Source: the human T2T-CHM13v2.0 reference genome, Homo sapiens. From it: a stretch of 64,000 nt of DNA. Positions 1-13,093 of this stretch are shown in pieces. Position 1 is the stretch's first letter. Every line of letters starts with the position of its first letter. The notes below the pieces were generated by a model. That model did not search any database and was not told where the DNA came from. It saw only the letters and a program-made list of their open reading frames with translations. The stretch lies in assembly GCF_009914755.1 (NCBI RefSeq), contig NC_060930.1. The stretch is one strand, 5' to 3'. A program made the position numbers and the translations under genes.

Positions 1-506
1 AAAAAAAAAAATTAATGAGCAATAAATAATCACCTGAAGGTACAAAACTCACTGGTAATAGTAAGTACACAGGAAAACCTAGAATATTATAACAGTGTAA
101 CTGTGGTGTGTAAACTACTCTTACCCTAAGTAAAAAGACTAAACAATGAACGAATCAAAAATAATAACTGAAATAACTTTTCAAGGCATAGTGAGTACAA
201 TAAGATATAAATAGACACAATAAAAAGTTAAAATGCCAGGGGATAAAGTTAAGGTATAGAGTTTTTATTAGTTTTCTTTTTGTCTCTTTGTTTATGCAAT
301 TGGTGTTAAGTTGTTATGAGGTTAAAATGATAATATCAAACCAAAACAACACACAGTGGAGACACAAAAAAGAAAAAGCAAGAAACTAAAACGTATCACC
401 AGAGAAAATCACCTCTGCTAGAGGAAGATAGGAAGAAAAGAAAGAAGGAAGAGAAGACAACAAAACAACGAGAAAACAAATAACAAAATGGAGGAGTAAG
501 TCCTTA

Positions 507-885
<379 letters not shown>

Positions 886-3422
886 CTAAACTCTGCAACA
901 AAAAGACACAGACTGGGTGAATGGATGAAAAAAACAAGACTCATTTATATGTTGCCTAAAAGAAACACACTTCACTATAAAGATCCACATAGATTGAAAA
1001 TAAAGGGATGGAAGAAGATATTCTATGCTAATGGAAAACAAAAAATGGCAGGAGTTGCTATACTTATATCAGAAAAAATAGATTTCAAGACAAAAACTAT
1101 AAGAAGATATAAAAAGGTCACTATATAATGATAAAGGGGTCAATTCAGCAAGACGATATAAGAACTTTAAATATATATGCACCCAACACTGGAGCACCCA
1201 GATATATTAAGATAAAGCACATGGTATTAGAGCCAAAGAGAGAGATAAGCCTCAATACAATAATAACTAGAGACTTCAGTACCCCACTTTCAGAACTGGA
1301 CAGGTCTTCAAATAGAAAATCAACAAAGAAACATCAGACTTAATCTTCATGATAGCCCAAAAATCAGCAGCATTTCTATATGCCAAGAATTAGTAGAAGA
1401 AAATAATAATAAAGATCAGAGCGGAAATAAATAAATTGAAATGAAAAAAATACAAAAGATCAATAAAACAAAAAGTTGGTTTCTTGAAAAGTCAAACAAA
1501 ATAGACAAATCTTTAGCCAGGCTAACAAAGAAAAAAAGAGAGAAGATCCAAATAAAACCATAAATGAAAAACGAAACATTGCAACTGATACTGCAAAAGT
1601 TCAAAGGATCATTAGTGGCTACTATGAGCAACTATATGTCAATATATTGGAAAGTCTAGAAGAAATGGACAAATTCCTAGATACATACAACCTACCATTA
1701 TTGAACCAGGCAAAAAAATCCAAAACCCAAACAGACCAATAACAAGTAACAAGATTAAAGCCATAATAAAAAATCTTCCAGTAAAGAAAAGCCCAGGACC
1801 TGATGGCTTCACTGCTGAATTCTACCAAACATTTAAAGAAGAACTAATACCAACCCTACTCAAACTATTCCAAAAGACAGAGGAGGAGGGAATACTTCCA
1901 AACTTGTTCTACGAGGCCAGTATTACTCTGATACCAAAACCAGAGACACATCAAAAAAAGAAAACTACAGGCCAATATTTCTGATGAATATTGATGCAAA
2001 AATCCTCAACAAAATACTAGCAAACTGAATTCAACATTACATCAGAAAGTGGGATTTATCCCTGGGATGCAAGGATGATTCAAAATATTCAAGTCAATCA
2101 ATGTGATACATCATATCAACAGAATGAAAGATAAAAATCATATGATGATTTCAATTGATGCTGAAAAAGCATTTAATAAAATTCAACATCCTTCATGATA
2201 AAAATCCTCAAAATACTGGGGATAAAAGGAACACATCTCAACATATGGCTTTTATTAAAAGCCATAAATGACAGACCCACAGGTAGTATCATACTACCTT
2301 TCTTCTAAGCCTTTCTTCTAAGATCGGGAACATGACAAGGATGCCTGATGTCACCACTGTTATTCAACATAGTACTGGAAGTCCTAGCTAGAGCAATCAG
2401 AAAAGAGAAAGAAATAAAAGGCATCCAAATTGTAAAGGAAGAAGTCAAATTATCCTTGTCTGCAGATGATATGATCTTATATTTGGAAAAACCTTAAGAT
2501 TCCACAAGAAACCATTAGAACTGATACCCAAATTCAGTAGAGTTGCAGGACACAAAATCTACATACAAAAATCAGTAGCATTTCTAAATGCCAACAGAGA
2601 ACAATGTGAAATAAATAAAAGAAATTTTTAAAAATTCCATTTACAATAGCCACACATAAAATTAAATTCTTAGGAATTACCCAAAGAAGCAAAAGATCTC
2701 TATAATGAAAACTATAAAACACTAATGAAATAAATTAAAGAGAATGCCAAAAAAGGAAAAATATTCCATGTTCATGGATAAAATCCAATATTGTTAAAAT
2801 GTCCATACTACACAAAGCAATCTACAGTTTCAGTGCAATCTCTATCAAAATGCCAATGACATTCTTCTGGGAAATAGAAAAAAGAATCCTAAAAGTTACA
2901 TGGCACCACAAAAGACCCAGAATAGCCAAAGTTATCCTAAGCAAAAGGAACAAAACTGAAGGAATCACATTACTTGACTTCAAATTATACTACAGAGCTA
3001 TTGTAAGCAAAACAGCATGGTACTGGCATAAAAACAGACACACAGAGCAATGAAACAGAACAGAGAGCCAAGAAACAAATCCACACACCTACAGCAAACT
3101 CATTTTTGACAAAAGTGCCAAGAACATACACTGGGAAAAAGAGTTTCTTCAGTAAGTGGTGCTGAGAAGACAGGATATCAATAGGCAGAAGAATGAAACT
3201 AGACTTCTATCTCTCACCATATATAAAAATCAAAGCAAAATCTATTTAAAAATTAAATAGAAAACCTCAAACTATGAAATTACTTCAAGAAAACATTGGG
3301 GAAACTCTCCAGGACACTGGTCTGTCTGGGTAAAAATTTCTTGAGCAATACCCCACAAGCACAAGCAACCAAAGCAAAAATGGACAAAGGGGATCATATC
3401 AAGTCAAAAAGCTTCTGCACAG

Positions 3423-5089
3423 TGACCAAGAAGCAGCTTCTCTGCTCCTTCTGGAATCTCTGCCTGGTTCAACCCACTTGCCTCTACTCCTGCCTCCACC
3501 ATGTCCATCAGGGTGACCCAGAAGTCCTATAAGGTGTCCACCTCTACGGGCAGCAGCAGCTTCCGGGGGTGGCCTGGGTGGAGGCTCTGGTGGGGCCGGC
3601 GGCATGGGAGGCATCACCGCCGTTGTGGTCAACCAGAGACTGCTGAGCCTCCTTAACCTGGAGGTGGACCCCAACATCCAGGCCGTGCAGGAGCAGGAGA
3701 AGGAGCAGATCAGGACCCTCAACAACAAGTTTGCCTCCTTCATAGGCAAGGTACGGTTCCTGGAGCAGCAGAACAACATGCTAGAGACCAAGTGGAGCCT
3801 CCTGCAGCAGCAGAAGATGGCTTGGAGCAACATGGGCAACATGTTCAAGAGCTACATCAACAACCCTAGGGGGCAGCCGGACACTCTGGTCCAGGAGAAG
3901 CTGAAGCTAAAGGCAGAGCTTGGCAACATGCAGGGGCTGGTGGAGGACTTTAAGAACAAGTACAAGGATGAGATCAATAAGTGTACAGAGATGGAGAATG
4001 AATTTATCCTCATCAGGAAGGACATGGATGATGCTTACGTGAACAAGGTAGAGCTGTAGTCTCAGCTGGAAGGGCTGGCTGACGAGATCAATTTCCTCAG
4101 GCAGCTGTATGAAGAGGAGACCCCGGAGCTGCAGTCCCAGATCTCGGACACATCTATGGTGCTGTCCAGGACAACAGCCACTTCCTGGACATGGACAGCA
4201 TCATTGCTGAGGTCAAGGCGTAGTATGAGGAGATCACCCAACCTCAGCCGGGCTGAGGCTAAGAGCATGTACCAGATCAAGTATAAGGAGCTGCAGATGC
4301 AAAGACTGAGATCTCCAAGATGAACTGGAACATCAGCCAGCCCCAGGCTGAGACTGAGGGCCTCAAAAGCCAGAGGGCTTCCCTGGAGGCCACCATCGCA
4401 GATGTCAAGCAGCGTGGGGAGCTGGCCATTAAGGATGCCAACACCAAGCTGTCCAAGCTGGAGGCTGCCCTGCAACAGGCCATGCAGGACATGGCGTGGC
4501 AGCTGCATGAGTACCAGAAGCTGAAGAACGTGAAGCTGGCCCTGGACATCGAGATTGCCACCTACAGGAAGCTGCTGGAGAGTGAGGAGAGCCACCTGGA
4601 GTCTGGGATGCAGAACATGAGTATCCATACAAAGACCACCAGCGCCTATGCAGATGGTCTGAGCTTGGCCTATGGGGGCCTCACAAGCCCTGGCCTCAGC
4701 TATGGCCTGGGCTCCAGCTTTGGCTCTGACATGGGCTCCAGCTCCTTCAGCTGCACCAGCTCCACCAGGGCCATGGTTGTGAAGAAAATCAAGACCTGCG
4801 ATGGGAAGCTGGTATCCGAGTCCTCTGATGTCCTTCCTAAGTGAACAGCTGCGACAGCCCCTCCCAGCCTGCCCCTCTGGTGGCTGCCCCAGAGCCTGGG
4901 AGGGAGGCTGCTGTGCAGCGGAGCACAGGGAATGGGAGACCCACCTGAGGCTCAGCCCTAGCCCTCAGCCCACCCACGGGGGAGTTTACTGCCTGGGGAC
5001 CACCTTGCCCATGCCTTCAGCTACAAAACAACTCAATTGCTTTTATTTTTTTCCCCCCAAAATAAAACCTCAGCTAGCCCTGAAAAAAA
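3423..5089 (+). pseudogene. KRT8P: Keratin 8 processed pseudogene (5' UTR, disabled CDS 3501-4844, 3' UTR, short poly(A))
   Basis: ATG at 3501 gives [15 protein letters not shown]. Rod motifs [18 protein letters not shown] and [17 protein letters not shown]-terminus [14 protein letters not shown]. No introns. Stops at 4057-4059 and 4221-4223, frameshifts and two internal deletions. AATAAA at 5061-5066. TSD aaaaagcttctgcacag (3406-3422) / aaaaggcttctgcacag (5086-5102). Confidence 0.97.
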
Positions 5090-6157
5090 GGCTTCTGCAC
5101 AGAAAAAGGATACAATCAACAAAGTGAAGAGACAACCAAAATAATGGGAGAACATATTTGCAAACCCTGCCAGGGGATTAATAATCAGAATATACAAGGA
5201 GCTCAAACAATGCTATAGGAAAAAAAAATATAATAATCTGATCATTTTAAATAGGCAAAAGATTTGAACAGACATTTCTCAAAAGAAGACATACAAATGG
5301 CAAACAGGCATATGAAAAGGTGGTCAACATCCCTCATCATCAGAGAAAGGCGAATCAAAACTACAATGAGCTATCATCTCACCCCAGGTAAAATGGCTTG
5401 TATCCCAAAAGACAGGCAATAACAAATGCTGTCAAGGTTGTGGAGAAAAGGGAACCCTCATATACTGTTGGTGAAAATGTAAATTACTACAACCACTATG
5501 GAGAAGATTATTTTTTAGTTTTGAGGTTCCTCAAAAACTAAAAATTAAGCTACTATTTGATCCTGCAATACCACTGCTGGGTATATATCCACAAGAAAGG
5601 AAATCAGTGTATACAAGATATATCTGCACTCCTATGTTTGCTAAAGCTCTGTATATCATAGTTAAGATTTGGAAGCAACCTAAGCATCCATCAACAGATG
5701 AATAATGCATAAGGAAAACGTGGTACACATGTACAATGGAGTACTATTCAGCCATAAAAAAGAGTGAGAGCCAGTCATTTGCAACAACCTGGATAGAATT
5801 GGAAACTATTAAATAAGCCAGGCAGAGAAAGAGAAACATCACATGTTCTCACTTATTTGTGGAATCTAGTAATCAAAACAGTTGAACCCATGGACATAGA
5901 GAGTAGGAGAATAGTTATCAGAGGTTGGGAAGGTAGAGGGAGGATGGGAGGGAAAAAAATAGAATGAATAAGACCTACTATTTGATAGCATAACAGGGTG
6001 ACCACAGTCAATAATAACTTAATTGTGTATTTTAAAATAACTTAAAGAGTGTAATTGGATTGTTTGTAACTCAAAGGATAAATGCTTGAGGGGATGGATA
6101 CTCCATTTTCCATGTTGTGATTATTTCACATTGCATGCCTGTATCAAAATATCTCAT

Positions 6158-6505
<348 letters not shown>

Positions 6506-6609
6506 CTATGTACCCACAAAAATAATAATTAAAAAAGATAATCTAGTGAAAAGATGATTCAGGACTGATCAGAGGCAATAGTTAGGCAAAAAAATTAAAA
6601 CTGCTTTGA

Positions 6610-6860
6610 CAAAGTTTTGGCAGATAAAATTTGTGATTGGTTGAATGTAGGCACTCAGTGAGAAGGGATAAAACAGAAAACTCTAGTATGGAGGACTGGG
6701 TAGATGTGACTTCCCCACACGAGAAAACAGCCATTGATTTAGGGGCAGCAATGAAGATTTTAGCTGGATGTAAAGTACCCGTGGGGTGTCCAAGTTGAGG
6801 GAGCCAGGAGCAAGGTGCCTGAGCTGGCACTTCAGGGAGAAGCCTGGCATGGAGCTAGGA
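6610..6860 (-). mobile_element. L2 LINE fragment
   Basis: Resembles antisense L2 consensus (..gtgtccaagttgagg..tcagggagaagcctggcatggag). Confidence 0.5.
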
Positions 6861-7499
6861 GGCAGGCAACATATGCTCAACGAGGAAAGAGCCCAGAGGT
6901 GGCATACAGGATAAACAGCAAGAGAAATATGAAGAGAACTAGGAAAATGCAGATAAGTAACTGCACTATCAATAAAATATTAAACCACAAATGTGAGACT
7001 CATTACCCTGTCATGTTATCTGAGACCAATACATTCAAAAGCAAGTATAATAAAGGTACAGATGACCTGAGAGCACAGAAATGCTTAGACAAATTTGGAA
7101 AAAAAACCAAACAGACATTCCAGATGCAAACCTAGGATTGAACAATTAGTGTATCTTTGACTATCCCCCATCTCATTACCCATCCAGCCTGCATCCTGGC
7201 ACCTAGACTTGAGCTCTGGCCCTCTATTACCCCCTTTATGTACTGTCTCACCTGTCCCAAATGTGTCTTTGAATGTCCACGTAGGTTCTGAAGGTGGCCT
7301 TCAGTCTGTCATGCTGAATGAGTTAAATTTTCCAGGAAAATCCATATCCCAAATTATTGCTTACTATGATCTCCTGCATAATGTTAAGTAACTTGGGTTT
7401 TACTCTACATGCTTCCATACTGCTACAGAATAAACACTCAGCACTCGTGAAAAAGAATTTATGGCTACAGAAAACATATCCAAGACTTACACAAGAAGA

Positions 7500-7610
7500 T
7501 TTACAGCTAAGCCCTGACATTAATTGGCTTTGTAATCCAGCTTAGCTCCTCTTGCTCCAGCTGTCATCTGCAGAATGAAGATAATGGAGCAGTGAACTTG
7601 TCACAGCATC
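7500..7610 (+). mobile_element. MIR fragment
   Basis: Core-like tcatctgcagaatgaagataat. Confidence 0.45.
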
Positions 7611-8944
7611 CGAATTACTATCCTGATGGGCCAGGTGTAGACAGACATCCTTAAGTCTGTCACTAGAGAGAGCAAAACGTCTTCATGGGGGCAATATCAT
7701 TTTACAGTATTTGGGGCACTGAAATATTCCTTTCAGAGTGTCCTTACTTTACTACAAAATGTCCTACCAGGGAAAGAAAAATATTATCAATTCTATTGAA
7801 AGAAAGCATTAAAGGAATCTCACTAGCTCTTTCAGTAAAATCAATCAGGAAATCATGAATGATAACACTTATTATGCAGACATACATTATCCATCCATTC
7901 CTTTAAAAATATTTATAGAAAATTTAGGTTCCTGTGGCTGTGAAACTATTCTCAAAAAACTCTGCGTAACCTAAAAACAAACAAAACCCCCTGGGGCTTT
8001 CCCTTTGCTCCCCAGTAATTCTCCTCTGCATTTTTAATATCTGTGTGTCACCCCCTGTCATTAATAAAGCTATCAACAGTCAGTAAAAGGCAACAGAAGT
8101 GTTTCATTGAAATCTTAATTGCCAGACATACAGAATACCTTAAAAACTGTCCTTTAAATGCCCACATTTCTCAAAATCATCTCTTAATTTTATTTACAAT
8201 TACATTTTTCACTTTCTGGGTGCTCCATTTTCCATTTTTAGAATGTCTTATATATTTGGGTAGATTCCAAACAGAAAATGAGTTCCAAGCCTTGGACTGA
8301 ATCACTCATTCCAATGGGTGATCCTAAAACTGAAATGCAGGCTTACCTCAAAAGCTAAGACCTCCCAGCCCTCACTCTGTGCATGCAAGCTTCCACCTTT
8401 TTTCATGCAAGCTCCCCAAGGAGGACACTGCCTCTCGTGCACAGGCAGGCCCAGGAGCTGATTTGGAGATCTTTCTGGCTCTCTGTCGTCTGCAGACTTT
8501 CAGTGCTCCCATGCATAGATATTGGTCCCCTTCCTGAGGATCATAACACCTTCGAGTTCTTCCATCCTTTGAAACCTCCTCGTTGTGACAACCTTCCAAC
8601 TAGACCCAGCTTGCTTCTACTAAGTCTGTTCTGTTTACTGTCTCTTTTGTTATAAAATTATTTACTCATTTTATTTTAGTGATGTGAATTAAATGGGTCA
8701 TATATGCTTTTGCTAGTAACCCAAGTGATATTGAGGTTTCTACATTTTAATAATGAGTCACATCCTCTGGTCTACCAATGCCACTTCCATCACCCACCCC
8801 TTCCTAGTTAAAAATTTGGCTAGCATCTTTCCATACTTTTCTCTTATTTATACAAACGTGAAATACATTTACATAAGTTCATTTAAAGGGAATGTATAAC
8901 TTATTCTGAATTATGATTTATATATTCTGAATTGTGATCATTTA

Positions 8945-9533
8945 TGTAACACAAAGCTCGCTGCTTGCAGAGTAGAATTAACAAGCGTGAGGCCTGTTAG
9001 AAAGAAAGTGACTTTATTAACCAAAACTAGTCGTGGGGAAGTGGTTGGATTCCCATCCAAAGCAACTACTTCAAATTTTGGTGGGGAAGGAAAGAGTTTA
9101 AAAAGGGAGAACTTGATACGAAAGGCATGCCAGAACTGTGCGGAGGACGATGCCTGTGCATCTTGTTCCAGTGGCTATCTTGGGTCCCAGTCCACCTGGT
9201 ACATGGTCTGGCGTCATCTCAACAGTGGCGGGGCTGCTGATTAGCCCTCTGAGGCCATCTCTGGAACTCTGCAGCTGGGTCTCCAGGCTTGGTCTGTCTG
9301 TCTCAAGATTAGCCCCCAAATCTTCAAAGAAGGCACATAATTAGATGCTAGCGTACAGTTAGATAAATAAGAAGGGAGTATATCTGGAGAAAAACGGAGG
9401 GACGTGGAGTCTATTTTAAGGCTAAAGGAAACAGGCTTCTGTAGTTTGCTTCAAGGTTACATCTTGAAACCCAAGAGAAAGAGGAAAAAAAAAAGTTTTA
9501 AAATGCATTTTGAGGTTATGCTGCCCAGTTACA
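8945..9533 (-). mobile_element. Solo LTR, ERV1-class (MER4-group-like)
   Basis: TGTAAC...GTTACA inverted termini, 4-bp TSD TTTA (8941-8944 / 9534-9537), AATAAA on the minus strand near 9012; inserted in an old antisense L1M. Confidence 0.8.
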
Positions 9534-10250
9534 TTTACATCATGATATTCTTAAGCCAATCATCTTTTTAACGTCTCTTTCATAGTATGGATATTCCGGT
9601 TTTTATTCTACCATTTCATTACTGATGGATCTTCACATTGAATATTTCGTCACTAGAAGCAATACTGCTACTTATTTCAACGTGTATCTTGGACATTCCT
9701 GTAGTTTTATTTCTGAAGGCTAAATTCTCAAAATGGGATGGCCGTTTCATAGGAAATGCACATGTACATTTTGAAGAGACCATAAGATTGCTATCCCCAA
9801 AATGTTGAAGTAATTTATTCCTCTATCAATAAGACATATAGCCCCTATTTCTTCAACAGCAGTGAATGATACTAAGTTTTTTTTTTTTTTTTTTTTTGCT
9901 GATTTGATAGACAAAAAGAGGTATTTTGTTGTTTTAATATGAACTTGCTTGATTCCAGTGAGGTCAAATGTATTGGTTGTTTTATTTTCCATTATGTACA
10001 CTAGTTGTTCTGAGTGGACTTGGCAACAGTGTAGTTGAGTTTTCCCCCTTTCACATTTTATAGATTAGGGATGTTAATCCTTTGTTTTATGCTTTTCAAA
10101 TATTCTCTCCCAGTTTATGGTCCATCTTTTATTTCTATTTGTTATTTCTTTCACCATACATAACATTTCAGTTTTTATGTAATCAAACTCATCAGTGTTC
10201 TTGGTAATGGCTACTAGGTCTCCTCTCCTCCTTCAGAAGGCCTCTTCTAT
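9534..10250 (-). mobile_element. Old L1M (L1ME-like) 3' fragment; probably also 8640-8940
   Basis: T-rich antisense L1 motifs (gttgttttaatatgaacttgcttgatt, ttttcaaatattctctcccagttt). Confidence 0.65.
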
Positions 10251-10499
10251 GCCATGGAGAAAATGAGGCTCGACGTCCCTCAGATTCCAGGCCATGCACC
10301 TGGATCTGCATCTATCTTCATCTTCTGTCAGTCTTGGAGAAAGCGATGTCTTCTGGTAGAAACAGAACTACCTACTGTGTTCTTCACCTCTTCATTGCTT
10401 CAGACAAAAGACTGCAAAATGACCTCTGCATGGTCACACCCAGTAAACCATTTTTAACCCTGACCTTTATTGCTCATTCTACACAGGTGACCCCTCTGA

Positions 10500-11400
10500 T
10501 GATTTCATAGGCTCTCACTTGTGAATTCCTGAAGACATCCTGGCTGTCCTCCTCTCCCTCCAGCAATTGTATCTCAGCTTCCTGAGAGCACATGCCGCTT
10601 TTCCTCCGTATTTTCCCTTGGTCTTTTTTCATTTAATGCAGTCTTACTGGTTGACCCCCGAGCTCCCAGGACTTACAGTTTAGTCTCTATGCTGATACAT
10701 GCAGACTTGACCTCCATGCTTGCCTCTCTAGCACATTCCCAGATTTCTCAGCTCCAGACCCATTTTTATACAGACTACACATCCACAACTGAGCCTGTCA
10801 TCACCATCAGATATTTGGTGTCTAAAAGAATGGCCAGGGCTACATCCCAGTCACACAGGCTATAGGTCTCACTGTCTCCATGGACTCCTCAACACTATTT
10901 GTATTATAAATAAACACCATAGGATTTGTGCCCTCTAGACCCATGACACCCTATATTCCAGAACAAGAGAACAATCGGCCTGGAGGTTTTGCTTGGATCT
11001 CTTGTACACTCTTGCAACAGTCCCCCAGCAGCAACTCTCCAGTCATTCTCCATTCAGTTTTGCATTCTGTAGCCATAAAACCTGGGTCTTGACTGTGCCT
11101 CTTCCCTTGGAAAAATCCTATCTTGGTTCTATTGGTTTATAATGAAGTTCAATCTCCCTGTAAGGTTTAGGAGACCACGCATGGCTTGAATCTTACTTCT
11201 TTCTTCAACCTTGGTTCTCACTCTGCTTCCTTCTGCCTCCTCACTCTGACCATGTCCTCTCTTCAGAAACCATATCCTGATTTCCAGTTTCCTGTCTACT
11301 ATGTTCTCTCTCACCTATGTACCATTGAACATGCAGTTCCCTCTGCTGACTCAGTCTTAAAGTATGATGGGAAGGCTAGAGCATCACAAAAATGCCTGGA
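10500..11400 (+). mobile_element. L2 LINE fragment
   Basis: Pyrimidine-rich L2-like motifs (ctctatgctgat..ctcagctccagaccc). Confidence 0.55.
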
Positions 11401-11635
11401 CAGTTAGACACAATTATTAATAAAAGTCAAATCTCAAAAGGCATGCTGTCTATTAATACAAACGCTAAATGTAAACAAGAAAATTTCATATTAGGAAGAT
11501 GAAATCAACGCTGCATTACCACTAACTTGAACAAGGGGTGGGCAATAGACACAGAAATGAAATTACCCAGTGTTGAACATTCAGATTGACTTTGGAATCT
11601 CACAGGCTTTCCTAAAAAAACACTTCTTCCCTTTA

Positions 11636-11950
<315 letters not shown>

Positions 11951-12436
11951 GGGACTACTTATTGTACATTTTGAATAAAAGACGAATTGAGAGCGAGGAT
12001 TTGATGCCCCTCACGGCATCTTAGTGACTAAAGATTTACCATCAGGGTGGGCTCAGTTTCTTTCAGGTAAATGAAAAATGGCAAAAATAATGCCTTTCAT
12101 TTCTAAACACGACCATAAAGATAAAACATAAAAAATGATGACAGATTTGACGAACTAAATCTTTAAAATGTCTGTATGCCAAAACATACACAAAAACACA
12201 CATATGCAAATTAAAAGATAAGTGAGTAGGTGGAGAAATAATCATAACCAAAGAGAGTTATATCTTCAATCTATAAAAAGCTCTGATAAATATGAAAAAG
12301 ATAAATACCCCCAATAAATAAGCAAAGATATAAACAGATAACTTAAAAAAAGATGATCAATAATAGGAAAAAAAATCAATCAAATCACATGGAAAAGAAT
12401 AAGATAACAGTTTGAATTCTAAAACTGGCAAAAATG

Positions 12437-12753
12437 GGCCAGGCACGGTGGCTCGTGCCTGTAATCCCAGCACTTTGGGAGGCCGAGGCACGTGGATCAC
12501 CTAAGGTCAGGAGTTCGAGACCAGCCTGGCCGACATGGTGAAACCCCGTCTCTACTAAAAATACAAAAATTATTCAGGTCTGATGGCAGGCACCTGTAAT
12601 CCCAGCTACTCAGGAGGCTGAGGCAGGAGAATTGCTTGAACCCGGGAGGCGGGGGGTGCAGTAAGCGGAGATCACACCATGGCACTCCAGCCTAGGCAAC
12701 AGAGCAAGACTCTGTCTCAAAATAAATAAATAAAATAAAATAAAATAAAATAT
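12437..12753 (+). mobile_element. AluS element with (TAAAA)n tail
   Basis: Full Alu; TSD aactggcaaaaatg / aattggcaaaaatg. Confidence 0.96.
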
Positions 12754-12767
12754 AATTGGCAAAAATG

Positions 12768-13093
12768 GGCCAGGCACAGTGGCTCACCTATAATCCCAGC
12801 ACTTTGGGAAGCCAAGAGAGAAGGATTACTCGAGACCAGGGGTTTGAGATCAGCCTCAGTAACATAGTGAGGATCTGTCTCCACTAAAACTAAAAAATTT
12901 AGCCAGGCAAGATGGTGCATGCCTGTAGTCCCAGCTACTTGAGAAGCTCAGGTGAGAGGATCACTGGAGCCCAGGAGGTCAAGGTTTCAGTGAGCTGGGA
13001 TCACACCAGTGCAGTCCAGCCCAGGCAATAGAGTGAGACTCTGTCTCAAAAACCTATAATTAATTTAAAAAATTTTGAAAACTAAATAAATAC
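12768..13093 (+). mobile_element. AluJ element directly following the AluS
   Basis: AluJ diagnostics (gaggatcactggagcccaggaggtcaagg); TSD aattggcaaaaatg on both sides. Confidence 0.93.

Noticed and set aside
3399-4628. Antisense ORFs of 149 aa and 188 aa
   Set aside because: Shadow ORFs opposite GC-rich keratin coding sequence
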